The notes below the pieces were generated by a model. It saw only the letters and a list, made by a program, of their open reading frames with translations, did no database searches and was not told the origin of the DNA. From the NCBI GenBank assembly GCA_963803435.1, contig CAWDML010000009.1, positions 736,001 to 800,000 of the forward strand: a DNA stretch of 64,000 nt, written 5' to 3'. Position numbers and translations under genes: made by a program. The stretch is from an uncultured delta proteobacterium (lineage in GTDB: Bacteria; Myxococcota; Kuafuiibacteriia; Kuafuiibacteriales; Kuafuiibacteriaceae). This document shows positions 46,475 through 56,302 of the stretch, piece after piece. Within the stretch, counting starts at the first letter, position 1. The number at the start of each line of letters is the position of its first letter.

Positions 46475-48193
46475 ATGAAGTTTCTCTGCGGAAGTTGCCG
46501 GACCAAATACCAGATCTCCGATGAGAAGGTCCGCGGCAAGATTCTCACCATCCGGTGCAAGAAGTGTGGGTCCAAGATCCTGGTCCGGGAGTCGCTCAGC
46601 AAGAACGCCAGCGGCGGGACCGCGGTCGCACCCGTCGCCGAGGAGGAGCAGCCCAGGGCCGCGGAGATCGGGGGTCAGAAGTCGGTCTCGATGGCGGGCA
46701 AGGCGGGGGGGTCCGCGGCGCTCGCCTCGGCCTTCGAGGTCGCGATGGGCGGGGGTCCGGCCGAGGCCGACGACATGCCGACCAGTATCGCGCCGGTACC
46801 GGCGAACCTCGATCACGCCGGGGTCGAGTGGTACGTCGCCATCGACGGCGAGCAGTTCGGGCCGTACGCGTTCGCTGAGATCGTCCGGCGGATCGTCGGC
46901 AAGGAAGTGGTCGGGCGGCACTACGTCTGGCACGACGGCATGGACAACTGGCTGCGGGTCCGGGACGTCAAGGACCTCGCGCCGTACCTCCCGCAGGATC
47001 GGAAGAAGCCGCCGCCGCCGCCGCCGCCGGTCTCCGGAGAGCATCAACACGAGGACGAGACGATCGCCGCCGGTCCGGGGGCCGAGATCGTCGATTTGTC
47101 GCTCCGGCGAGCCGAGCGCGATCGCCACAAGTCCCCTCGGCTCGAGCGAAGCGAGGAGAGCGCGCGGGCGGAGGCGCCGAAGACGGACACCACCACCGAG
47201 CGGGCCGAGCAGCTCGACAACGTCCTGAACGAAGCCCTCGGGATTGAGGGCGAGGGCAAGACCACGCAGGCGGAGCCCGAGCGCGCGGTCGCGGTCTCGG
47301 TGACCGCGCGGACGAGGGAAGGGCAGGCGGAGCCGTCGATCGACGATCTGCTGGCCTTCGAGGCGAAGGACGACCTCTTCGCCGGCGTTCCCCGAGCCGA
47401 GGACGACGTGCAGCGCGAGTCGACGCGCTTCTACGTGGCGGCCGCAGGCGTCAACGCACGCAAGTCGAAGAACAAGGTCGCGATGGTGCTCGGCGGCGTG
47501 ATGGTGATGGTGTTGCTCGGCTTCACGGGGGCGTGGGCCGGCGGCATCATCCGGATCGAGATCCCGGGCATCGGCAACCCCTTCGCGGGGCCGAACGGCA
47601 AGAGCTTGTTCGCCGCCGACGACGAGGAGGTCGCCGATGAGGATCCGGAGCTCATCAAGGGCCTCCTGACAGAGGAGCAGAAGCGGGCGGCGGCCAAGCG
47701 GAAGCGGACGCGGCGCTCCAAGGGACCGACCGGCTTCATCGACGACGGTCACGCCGACGGCGTGGGTGGTACCCGCGGCGACGACGCCGAATCGGTCAAC
47801 CTCGAGCTCGGCGGAAGCGGACCCGGCGTCGGCAAGCTGCCGCAGGCCAAGCTGCCCGAGTCGGGCATCGAGGACGTGCCGGTGGACGGTGGTGAGTCGC
47901 TGTCGCAGGACGTGATCACGAAGGTGGTCAACGCCCGCAAGCGATCCGTGCTGATCTGCTACCAGCAGTCGCTCAAGGGGCAGGAGGACCTGCGGGGCAA
48001 GCTCGAGATCCGCGTGACGGTCGATCCGAGCGGCAAGGTGCGGAGTGCGACCGTCGAGACCAGCGCGTTCAAGGGGAGCAAGCTCGGTCGATGCATCGCC
48101 GGCAAGATTCAGGACTGGCGCTTCCCCACCTTCTCGGGCGACACGCAGCAGATCCTGGTGCCGTTCGTCCTCGAGAAGGGCAACGAGTACTGA
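46475..48193 (+). CDS. Zinc-ribbon + GYF_2 + TM + AgmX/PglI C-terminal protein (GltJ/AgmX-like architecture)
   Basis: MKFLCGSCRTKYQISDEKV...IRCKKCG, WYVAIDGEQFGP...YVWHDGMDNW, ICYQ...LRGK...CI...WRFP. Confidence 0.85.
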   Translation: MKFLCGSCRTKYQISDEKVRGKILTIRCKKCGSKILVRESLSKNASGGTAVAPVAEEEQPRAAEIGGQKSVSMAGKAGGSAALASAFEVAMGGGPAEADDMPTSIAPVPANLDHAGVEWYVAIDGEQFGPYAFAEIVRRIVGKEVVGRHYVWHDGMDNWLRVRDVKDLAPYLPQDRKKPPPPPPPVSGEHQHEDETIAAGPGAEIVDLSLRRAERDRHKSPRLERSEESARAEAPKTDTTTERAEQLDNVLNEALGIEGEGKTTQAEPERAVAVSVTARTREGQAEPSIDDLLAFEAKDDLFAGVPRAEDDVQRESTRFYVAAAGVNARKSKNKVAMVLGGVMVMVLLGFTGAWAGGIIRIEIPGIGNPFAGPNGKSLFAADDEEVADEDPELIKGLLTEEQKRAAAKRKRTRRSKGPTGFIDDGHADGVGGTRGDDAESVNLELGGSGPGVGKLPQAKLPESGIEDVPVDGGESLSQDVITKVVNARKRSVLICYQQSLKGQEDLRGKLEIRVTVDPSGKVRSATVETSAFKGSKLGRCIAGKIQDWRFPTFSGDTQQILVPFVLEKGNEY

Positions 48194-48232
48194 CGCGCTG
48201 TCGACGCTCGACTTCTTCGGTAGAGTCTTTCG

Positions 48233-50627
48233 GTGGCGATCTCCAAGGCCGCCGAGCTCTTCGAGCGCGCCTCGCTCGGGCTGGATCGAGGTGAGGGGGA
48301 GGCGGCGTGTGGGTTGATCGATCAAGGGCTGGACCTCGATCCCAACAGTGAGCGGGGACGCCAACTGCTGGAGCATGTGCTCCGGCGCGCGGGCCGCTTC
48401 GAGGAGCTGCTCGAGCGCCTGGTGCGGATCGCCCAGCGTGCTGACCGAGGATCACGGGCCTCGGCGCTGAAGGACGCGGCGCGCCTGGCGGCGGGGCCAC
48501 TCTCGGATCCCGCGCGGGCGCTGGAGCTGTACCGCGAGAGCCTCCGTGTGATCGATGACGACGCGGTCCTGGTCGAAGCGGTCTCGCGCGGCATTCGCCA
48601 TGGGTTCTTCGACGTCTCGTCCCGGTTGCTGCCCGCGATCGAGCCCGGGCTGCGGGCCGAGCGCTTTGCTCGCGTGGCGGCGCGCGCGATCGAGCGCGGT
48701 GATGCGCGCGCGGCGCTCGAGTGCCGCGCGGCCGCGTTCGCGGATACACCCACGCGCGAGGGGTTGGACGCGCTCGACTCGATCCTGACCGAGCGCGCCG
48801 ACGAGGAGGCGCGCGCCGAGGCGCTGGCGCGGTACGCCAACCGGACGACGCCGCCCGAGGTCGCGTTCACCACGCCCTACCAGGACGGCGAGAGCGGGGA
48901 GGCCGCCCGGACGGCGGTCATCCCGCGAAGCCATGGCGGCGAGAGGGCCTCTACGGAGGCGATCCTGGAACAATCGCGACGGGTGTCGACGGCGTGCGCG
49001 GATCAGGCGATCCTGACCCGCGGGCTCACCGCCATGGGAGACCAAGAACATCGGACCGACCAAGAGGAGGTCGCGACCCACGGCTGGGACGAGGACATCC
49101 TCGCCGGCAACACGAGCGATCAGGTTCACCAAATCGCCGACGCGGTGGGCGCGCTGGTGGACGAGCGGGCGCGAGGCTCGCTGTTGTCGAGGCGCATCGA
49201 TCCGATCGAGCCGAACGTCCCGCCGCTCGAGGACACGGTGGGCGATGGGGTGCCGCTCGGTCCCGCGGAGGCGGTGCAGCTCCATCTGAGCGCCGGCGAC
49301 GTCGAATCCCTGGTGGAGCGGATCCAGGACGCGGTCGATCGGGAAGAGGAGATCGATCGGGCCACCTGGCTGCGGGCCGGGCGCTTCCTCGGCGCGATCG
49401 GACGCGCGGTGGAGGCGCGCCAATGTCTCCTGCATGCAATCGGAGAGCGCACGGTCTGGGATCGGGCCGCGGCGCGGGCGCTCGCGGCGCAGGGTGATCA
49501 TCGCGAAGCTGCGCGCGCGCTGGCAGCCACCGAGGCGCCGACCGAGGCCGAAGACCTGGCGTGGATCGGTGAACGCTATCTCGCAGACGGTGACGATGCC
49601 GAGGCGACGCGCTGGTTCGAGCGCGCCCAGAGCGCCGAACCCAGCAACGCGGTGGTCGCCGCGCGGCTGCTCGAGCTGAGCTCGCGGGCGCACAAGGACG
49701 AGCGGGTGGAGGCGCTGCTCTCCGCGCACGCCTCGTTCGTATCGCCGGTCTGGCATCTGGCGGTGGCGCGCGCACAACGGCGCAAGGGAAGGGCACCAGA
49801 GGCCAAAGAGGCGGTGGAGCGGGCGCTGGCGACCGACGCCTCGCTGCTCGAGCCGGCCATGCTTCTGTTCGATCTGGGGCGCGAGCAGGCCGAGGACGGC
49901 TGGATTGATCGCGCTCTCGCCGAGATCCGGATCCGGGCGCTCGAGCGCGGGGAGCGGTCGCGCGCGTTCGTCGCGGCGGGCTTGCTGGTGGCCCGCGGGG
50001 CCGCCTCGGAGGACGACCGGCTGACGTACGAGGCGCTCCGGATCGATCTCTCTTCGGCGCCTCGCGCCACGCTGCCGGCGGGCTGGGCCGACGGATGGTT
50101 GATCCAGGTCGAGGGGTCGGCGGCCGAGGTGACGTTCGACGAGAAGCGGAGCCGCGCCGTCGATCTGGAGCCGGGGCTACTCGACGCGCTCGAGGCGGCC
50201 GAAGGCGTGTGCGGCGTGGCCGACGTCCGAGTGGTGGCGCTCTGGGGCGAAGGGCCGCCGGCCGCGGTCTGGGACGATCCCGCGCGGATCGGGTTTCAGC
50301 AGCAGGAGCTGGTGCGCTGGCTGCCGAAGGCGTTCCGCTTCGAGGTGGGGCGCGCGCTGGCGGCGCTGACGGAGCCACGGCTGCGCGGCGGGCTGGTCGA
50401 CGCCCAGCTCACCGCCGAGGGCACGGTGGTGCTGCTCGATCGGGCCGGACTCTTGGTGGCGCAAGATCCGGTGCAAGTGCTCGAGTCGATCGGAGTGAAG
50501 ACACCGAGGGGACGTGCGCTGACGGCGTTCGCCGTGTCCGACGAGCTGTTCGGGCTGTGGGCCCGGATCGGGCTCGGGGTGGATACCGCCGAACACCACC
50601 GTTGCCAAACCGCCGCCGAGCGCCTAG
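48233..50627 (+). CDS. Large TPR-like helical repeat protein; apparent +1 error at 50585, true stop probably TAG at 50625-50627
   Basis: Helical repeats end in DRAGLL...FAVSDELFGLWARIGL. Deleting A50585 (GATAC to GATC) yields ...VDPPNTTVAKPPPSA* and removes a 370-bp overlap with the eutN genes. Confidence 0.65.
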
Positions 50628-50642
50628 AACGCGCCCGAACGC

Positions 50643-50909
50643 GTGTTTTTGGCTCGAGTCATCGGCACCGTCGTCGCGAGCACGAAGTATCCGGGCCTCG
50701 AGGGCGTGAAGCTGCTCGTGGTGCAGGGGCTGGACCGCGAGGGGCGGGCGACCGGCGGGCCGCAGGTCGCGTGCGACTACGGCGTGCGTGCGGGCCGCGG
50801 GGATCGGGTCTACTGCGTGAGCGCGCGCGAGGCTTCCCACGCCATGCCCGAGCGGTTCGTCCCCGTGGACGCAGCGGTGGTCGCGATCGTCGATCGGGTG
50901 GATCGGTAG
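50643..50909 (+). CDS. EutN/CcmL family microcompartment pentamer (BMC-P)
   Basis: MFLARVIGTVVASTK, KLLVVQ, VACDYGVRAGRGDRV, PVDAAVVAIVD. Confidence 0.92.
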   Translation: MFLARVIGTVVASTKYPGLEGVKLLVVQGLDREGRATGGPQVACDYGVRAGRGDRVYCVSAREASHAMPERFVPVDAAVVAIVDRVDR

Positions 50910-50915
50910 TCGAGC

Positions 50916-51194
50916 ATGATCCTGGGACGCGTCACCGGCACCGTGGTCGCGACGATCAAGCACGAGGCCTACGCGGGCCGGAAGGTGCTGCTGGTGCAGC
51001 CGATCGATGAGCGCGGGAAGGACCTGGGCGCCGAGCTGATCGCCGTGGACAGCGCGCAGGCCGGGATTGGTGACACGGTCCTGGTGCTCCGGGAGGGTAA
51101 CGGTGTCCGCCAGATCCTGTGCGGCGACATCACCGCCACGCTCCCGATCCTCGAGACGATCGTCGCGATCGTCGACCAGGTGCACGTCCGATGA
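50916..51194 (+). CDS. EutN/CcmL family microcompartment pentamer (BMC-P), second paralog
   Basis: MILGRVTGTVVATIKH, KVLLVQP, AVDSAQAGIGDTVLV, IVAIVD. Confidence 0.93.
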   Translation: MILGRVTGTVVATIKHEAYAGRKVLLVQPIDERGKDLGAELIAVDSAQAGIGDTVLVLREGNGVRQILCGDITATLPILETIVAIVDQVHVR

Positions 51195-51919
51195 CCAGCC
51201 ACGCGCAGCTGAGGCGCGAGGTCGCTCGCTACAGCTCGCTGATCCACGATGCCGGCTGGGTTGCGAACCACGACGGCAACGTCTCGCTTCGGGAGGGGGC
51301 GCGCTTCTTCATCACGCCCACCGGCGTCAGCAAGCGCGAGTGTCTGGCCGACACCATCGTGGAGTGCGACGCGCACGGCAAGCCGCTGTCGCGGGGTCGC
51401 CCACCGAGCGAGGTGTCGTTGCACGTGGGGGTGTTCGAGGCGCGGCCCGATGTCGGCGCGGTCGTCCATGCGCATCCGCCGTACGCCTCCGCGTTTGCGC
51501 TGGTGGGGCGGAGCCTCGAGCCGATCGCGATGCCCGAGGTCATGGTCTCGCTCGGGGAGCGGATCCCGCTCGTGCCCCTGTTCGTGCCCAAGGATCCGGC
51601 GGCGGCGGGGGCGGTGGGCGGCGCGATGAAGGGCGCCGACGCAGCGCTCCTCTCGGGGAACGGTGCGATCACGGTCGGTCCCGATCTGGAGACCGCGTAC
51701 CTCAGGATGGAGGTGCTCGAGCACTACGCCAAGATCCTGACCCTCGCGCGCGGCGGCGTCGGAGAGCCGGCACCGCTGCCGGAAGCGGCGCGGTCGAAGT
51801 GCCTGGAGTTGCGCAAGGCGGCGGGCCTTCTGCGGGAGCCACCGCCGGCCGCCGTGGCGGGCGACATTCGCCGGGTGGTTCTGGAGGAAGTGCGCCGCGC
51901 GCTGGGAGATGAGAAGTGA
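51191..51919 (+). CDS. Class II aldolase/adducin family protein with C-terminal encapsulation-peptide-like helix
   Basis: [26 protein letters not shown]; tail [20 protein letters not shown]-coupled to the BMC-P gene. Confidence 0.88.
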   Translation: MTSHAQLRREVARYSSLIHDAGWVANHDGNVSLREGARFFITPTGVSKRECLADTIVECDAHGKPLSRGRPPSEVSLHVGVFEARPDVGAVVHAHPPYASAFALVGRSLEPIAMPEVMVSLGERIPLVPLFVPKDPAAAGAVGGAMKGADAALLSGNGAITVGPDLETAYLRMEVLEHYAKILTLARGGVGEPAPLPEAARSKCLELRKAAGLLREPPPAAVAGDIRRVVLEEVRRALGDEK

Positions 51920-52866
51920 GCGAGATCGATCGGATTGTCGACATCATCACGGAGCGGGTCGAGGCCGAGCTGCGAAGCCGTCTCGCGGGCGCGGGCTCCC
52001 CAGCGGGCACGCGGAGCGCGCAGCGAGCCCCTGCCAGCGGAGTCGGGTGCGAGGGCTTCGGGGGGCCGGTGGCCCCGTGCACGACGTGCCCGGCCAACGG
52101 CGTCTGCGACGGCAAGACGGTTATCGGGAGCATCAACCTGGGCGCCCAGCGCGTCGGCGCCGAGGGGAAGGTCGAGGCCGCACCCTGCAGCCACGTCGCG
52201 CCCTTGATCGATCACACCATCCTCAAGCCCGAAGCGACCAAGGAGGAGCTCAAGCAGGTCTGCGACGAGGCCCGGCGCTACGGATTCGCGACCGTCTGTG
52301 TGAACAGCGCGAACATTCCGTTCGTGTCGCGGCAGCTGGCCGGGAGCGGCGTCAAGCCGATCGCGGTGGTCGGCTTCCCGCTCGGGGCGGCCTCACCCAG
52401 CGCGAAGGCGTTCGAGACCAAGGAGGCGATCCGCGCGGGCGCACAAGAGATCGACATGGTCATCAACATCGGCGCCCTCAAGTCCCGCGATCTCGGCTAC
52501 GTGCTCGAGGACATCAGAGCGGTGGTGGGCGCAGCCGGCAAGGTCCCCGTCAAGGTGATCATCGAGACCTCGAAGCTCACCGACGCCGAGAAGATCATGG
52601 CCTGCACGCTGGCGGCGGCGGCGGGCGCGGCCTTCGTGAAGACCTCCACCGGGTTCGCGGGCGGCGGAGCGACGCCCGAGGATGTCGCGCTCATGCGATC
52701 CACGGTCGGGGAGGATGTGGGCGTGAAGGCGTCCGGTGGAATCCGAACGATCGACGACGTGGAGCGGGTCATCGCGGCGGGCGCCAACCGCATCGGCGCG
52801 TCGGCGTCGGTGGCCATCGTCCAGTGTGTGCGGCCGGAAAAGGGCAAGACGCCGAGAGGCTACTAG
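51916..52866 (+). CDS. deoC: Deoxyribose-phosphate aldolase with ~95-aa N-terminal extension
   Basis: [54 protein letters not shown]. Confidence 0.95.
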   Translation: MSEIDRIVDIITERVEAELRSRLAGAGSPAGTRSAQRAPASGVGCEGFGGPVAPCTTCPANGVCDGKTVIGSINLGAQRVGAEGKVEAAPCSHVAPLIDHTILKPEATKEELKQVCDEARRYGFATVCVNSANIPFVSRQLAGSGVKPIAVVGFPLGAASPSAKAFETKEAIRAGAQEIDMVINIGALKSRDLGYVLEDIRAVVGAAGKVPVKVIIETSKLTDAEKIMACTLAAAAGAAFVKTSTGFAGGGATPEDVALMRSTVGEDVGVKASGGIRTIDDVERVIAAGANRIGASASVAIVQCVRPEKGKTPRGY

Positions 52867-53101
52867 GCGCGGCCCGGAACGGATTGGCTCCGCCGGGAAC
52901 AACTTGGCTCTCGGATCCGGCCGATTCCCGAGAATACAGGTTGGTCGTGTTCTTGCTGAGGTTTGGGCTCAATGCGTCATTCTTCAGAGACCGGCAACGC
53001 GTAGCAGAGCGCTGACGACGTCAGCCTCTGCCTCCTGCCCTTGAACCTGCTCTTCTGCTTGCTCTTGCCCGACCTCTCGGTCGCGGGGCGCGCGAGGGTC
53101 C

Positions 53102-54058
53102 TCACCGGGCGGCGTCGAAGTCGAGCGGGTCGCGGAGGCTCCGTTCACGGCTCTCGGTGCGGAAGGCGGCGGCGATGTCGATGCCGAACAGCACGCCCCC
53201 TCGCCCGAGGTCGATGGAGACGAACAGGGCGGGATCGAGCCCGAAGTGGCCGCGGAGCCCGAGGGTGAGACGGACGGGTGTGTCGAGGTCATGGCCGTGG
53301 AGCGGATCGCCCGCGATCTGGACGGAGCTGCCCACCTCGAGGAACGGCTCGAGGGCGTCGATCGGCCGCACGGCGATCCGTCCCGCCCAGCCCAGGAGCA
53401 TGAGGAAGTCCGCCGCTTCGTCCGCGGTGACCGCCGGCGTCAGGCCGAGCTCGAGCTCGGCGGTGACGATGCTGATGGAGAAGTCTGCGTGGCCGCGGAA
53501 GCCAAATGCGGCGGTGCGCTCGAGGAAGAGCTCCGGGTCGTACGAGCAGATGTCACGGACCAGCGCGATGCGGTCCGCCTCCTCGTCGCGATTCTCGAAG
53601 CCCCGCGCCGTGGGAGCGTACAGGTCGAACGCCCCGCCGACGCCCAGCCGCGGCGCGGCCGGATCGTCCGTCTTCTTTGGATTGAAGAGGATGACCGTGC
53701 CGCCCTCTACGCCGATGTGGATGTTCCCCAGGAAGAGCTGATCGTTGCCGGGTTTCGGCGCGTCCAGCCCGAACGGGAGGCCGAAGCTGATCCCGAGGCC
53801 CTCGATGATCCGTACCACTGCGTTGGCCTCGAACGTGGTGAGGGCGCTGTCGCTGAAGGTCTTGCGATCGTCGGTGAAGGTAAAACGCGTCGTCAGGTGA
53901 AAGCGCGTTCGAGCGGTGGGATCGAGCAGCTCGGTGGAGATGTTGGGCGCGCGCACCCCACGGATTCCGCCCTCCTCGAGCAGGTTGACGTCCTGCGCGA
54001 GGGCAGCAGAGGGGACGCCCAGTAGCCAGCAGAACGACAGCAAGGTGGCTTGCCGCAT
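53102..54058 (-). CDS. Secreted protein, probable outer-membrane beta-barrel
   Basis: Signal peptide (AALA-QD) and amphipathic strands (FDLYAPT, LEPFLEV, LTLGLRGHF). Confidence 0.6.
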   Translation of the reverse strand: MRQATLLSFCWLLGVPSAALAQDVNLLEEGGIRGVRAPNISTELLDPTARTRFHLTTRFTFTDDRKTFSDSALTTFEANAVVRIIEGLGISFGLPFGLDAPKPGNDQLFLGNIHIGVEGGTVILFNPKKTDDPAAPRLGVGGAFDLYAPTARGFENRDEEADRIALVRDICSYDPELFLERTAAFGFRGHADFSISIVTAELELGLTPAVTADEAADFLMLLGWAGRIAVRPIDALEPFLEVGSSVQIAGDPLHGHDLDTPVRLTLGLRGHFGLDPALFVSIDLGRGGVLFGIDIAAAFRTESRERSLRDPLDFDAAR

Positions 54059-54123
54059 CGCGGCGCAGCATAGCCGCTTCCCCGCCTTGATTCGAGGGCT
54101 GGAACCTGATCTTTTAGCCCGCG

Positions 54124-55437
54124 ATGCGCGCCGTCGATCTGATCCGTAAGAAGCGAGACGGCGGGGAGCTCGGCGCTGCCGAGGTCACCTGGCTGATCGA
54201 ACAATACACGGCGGGGAACGTCGGCGACGATCAGCTGGCCGCGTTCTCGATGGCGGTCTTCTTTCAAGGCATGAGCGCCGGCGAGCTGGCGGCGCTGGTC
54301 GAAGCGATGATGCGCTCGGGCGACGTGATCGATCTGTCGGGCGTGTCGGGCGTGAAGGTCGACAAGCACAGCACCGGCGGCGTGGGTGACAAGATCTCGA
54401 TCTGCCTCGCGCCCCTGGTCGCCGCCTGCGGGGTGCCGGTGCCGATGATCTCGGGCCGCGGCCTCGGGCACACCGGCGGAACGCTCGACAAGCTCTCCGC
54501 GATCCCTGGGTTTTCCGTCGATCTGTCGACCCAAGCCTTCATCGAGCAGGTGCGCTCCATCGGGATCGCGCTGATCGGGCAGACCTCGCGGCTGGTGCCG
54601 GCGGACAAGAAGCTCTACGCGCTGCGAGACGTGACCGCGACCGTCGAGTCGATCCCGCTGATCGCGGCGTCGATCATGTCGAAGAAGCTGGCCGAGGGGA
54701 TCGATGCGCTGGTGCTCGACGTCAAGACGGGATCGGGCGCGTTCATGAAGACGTTCGACGAGGCGAAGACGCTCGCGACCACGATGATCGGGATCGGCGA
54801 GCGCATGGACCGCGAGGTGCGGGCGCTGATCACGGACATGGGCCAGGTGCTGGGGCGTGCGGTCGGCAATGCGAACGAGACCTGGGAGGCGATCGAGGTC
54901 CTCCAGGGGGGAGGGCCACCGGACGTGGTGGAGCTGACGATCGAGCTGGGCGCCGAGATGCTGGTGCTCGGAGGCGAGGCGCGCGCGCCCGAGGAGGGCC
55001 GCAACAAGATCAGGAAGGCGATCACGGACGGCAGCGGCCTCGAGAAGCTGGCGCGCTGCGTGGAGGCGCAGGGCGGCGATCCCGCCGGGATCGGGGGGCG
55101 CGATCGAATGCCGGTGGCGAAGCACGAGACCGAGGTCGGCGCGGTGCGCGGGGGTGTGGTCTCGGCGTTCGACACGGAGGCGATCGGACGCGCGGCAATG
55201 ATCCTGGGTGCGGGACGGGCGACCTCGACCGATGTCGTCGATCTCTCGGTGGGGTTCGACATGATGGTTCGTCGCGGCGATCGGATCGATGCGGGCCAGC
55301 CGATCGCGCGGGTGCAATACAACGACGCGGAGCGGTTGGCGGCAGCGGCGCCGGTGCTGCAGGCCGCGCTGGTCACGAACGAACAAGCGCCGGCCGAGAT
55401 GCCGCTGGTCCGTGCGCGATTGGGAGGTGATCGGTGA
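54124..55437 (+). CDS. deoA: Thymidine/pyrimidine-nucleoside phosphorylase
   Basis: IRKKRDG, DKHSTGGVGDK, SGRGLGHTGGTLDKL, YALRDVTATV, SIMSKKLAEG. Confidence 0.94.
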   Translation: MRAVDLIRKKRDGGELGAAEVTWLIEQYTAGNVGDDQLAAFSMAVFFQGMSAGELAALVEAMMRSGDVIDLSGVSGVKVDKHSTGGVGDKISICLAPLVAACGVPVPMISGRGLGHTGGTLDKLSAIPGFSVDLSTQAFIEQVRSIGIALIGQTSRLVPADKKLYALRDVTATVESIPLIAASIMSKKLAEGIDALVLDVKTGSGAFMKTFDEAKTLATTMIGIGERMDREVRALITDMGQVLGRAVGNANETWEAIEVLQGGGPPDVVELTIELGAEMLVLGGEARAPEEGRNKIRKAITDGSGLEKLARCVEAQGGDPAGIGGRDRMPVAKHETEVGAVRGGVVSAFDTEAIGRAAMILGAGRATSTDVVDLSVGFDMMVRRGDRIDAGQPIARVQYNDAERLAAAAPVLQAALVTNEQAPAEMPLVRARLGGDR

Positions 55438-56264
55438 GCAGCGTCGATCAATCGGTGGCGATCCAGCGCGCGGTCGACTTCGTGAAGAGCGCAGCGCCGG
55501 ATTTTCTACCCCAGGCCGGGCTGGTGCTTGGCTCCGGGCTGGGGGCGGTCGTCGATGCGATGCAGGTGGTGAAGCGCTTCCGCTACGAGGACGTCCCCAG
55601 CTTCCCCCGCTCCACCGTCGAGGGCCACGAGGGCGAGCTGGTGCTCGGCACGCTCGACGGCACGCCGGTGGCTTGCATGCGGGGCCGGGTGCATCTGTAC
55701 GAGGGGTACGCGCCGCGCGAGGTGGTGTTCCCGACGCGCGTGCTGGTCCGTCTCGGCGCCTCCAGCTTGATCGTCACGAACGCAGCCGGCGGCATCAACC
55801 CCGACTGGAACGAGCGCGAGCTCATGCTGATCACCGATCACCTGAACCTCACCGGGACCAACCCGCTGCTCGGGCCCAACGACGACGGCCTCGGGCCGCG
55901 CTTCCCGGACATGAGCGACGCCTACGATCCAGAGTATCGCGAGATCGCGGTCGAGGTCGCCGAGTCGCTGGGCATGGAGATCCGCGAGGGCGTGTACGCC
56001 GGGTTGCTCGGCCCCTCGTACGAGACGCCGGCGGAGGTCCGCATGCTGGGGATGCTGGGCGCGGACGCGGTCGGCATGTCGACGGTCCTCGAGGTGGTGG
56101 CGGCGCGGCATATGGGGGCCCGGGTCCTCGGCATCTCTTGCATCTCCAACAAGGCGGCCGGGTTGGCCGATCAGCCGCTCTCTCACGAGGAGGTGAAGGC
56201 GGCCGGAGACGCGATGGCCCACCAGATCACGGCGCTGGTCCGGGCCTTCGTGAAACGGATCTAG
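55434..56264 (+). CDS. punA: Purine-nucleoside phosphorylase (trimeric PNP/XapA family)
   Basis: LVLGSGLG, STVEGHEG, GRVHLYEG, TNAAGG, GPSYETPAE, DAVGMST. Confidence 0.92.
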   Translation: MSSVDQSVAIQRAVDFVKSAAPDFLPQAGLVLGSGLGAVVDAMQVVKRFRYEDVPSFPRSTVEGHEGELVLGTLDGTPVACMRGRVHLYEGYAPREVVFPTRVLVRLGASSLIVTNAAGGINPDWNERELMLITDHLNLTGTNPLLGPNDDGLGPRFPDMSDAYDPEYREIAVEVAESLGMEIREGVYAGLLGPSYETPAEVRMLGMLGADAVGMSTVLEVVAARHMGARVLGISCISNKAAGLADQPLSHEEVKAAGDAMAHQITALVRAFVKRI

Positions 56265-56302
56265 ACGGACGGGCGCGACATGTAGGATGGTCCGGCCGCG
56301 TC

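Noticed and set aside
48233-51010. 925-aa ORF overlapping both eutN genes (apparent overprinting)
   Set aside because: The tail is non-protein-like. One base deletion at 50585 gives a stop at 50627.
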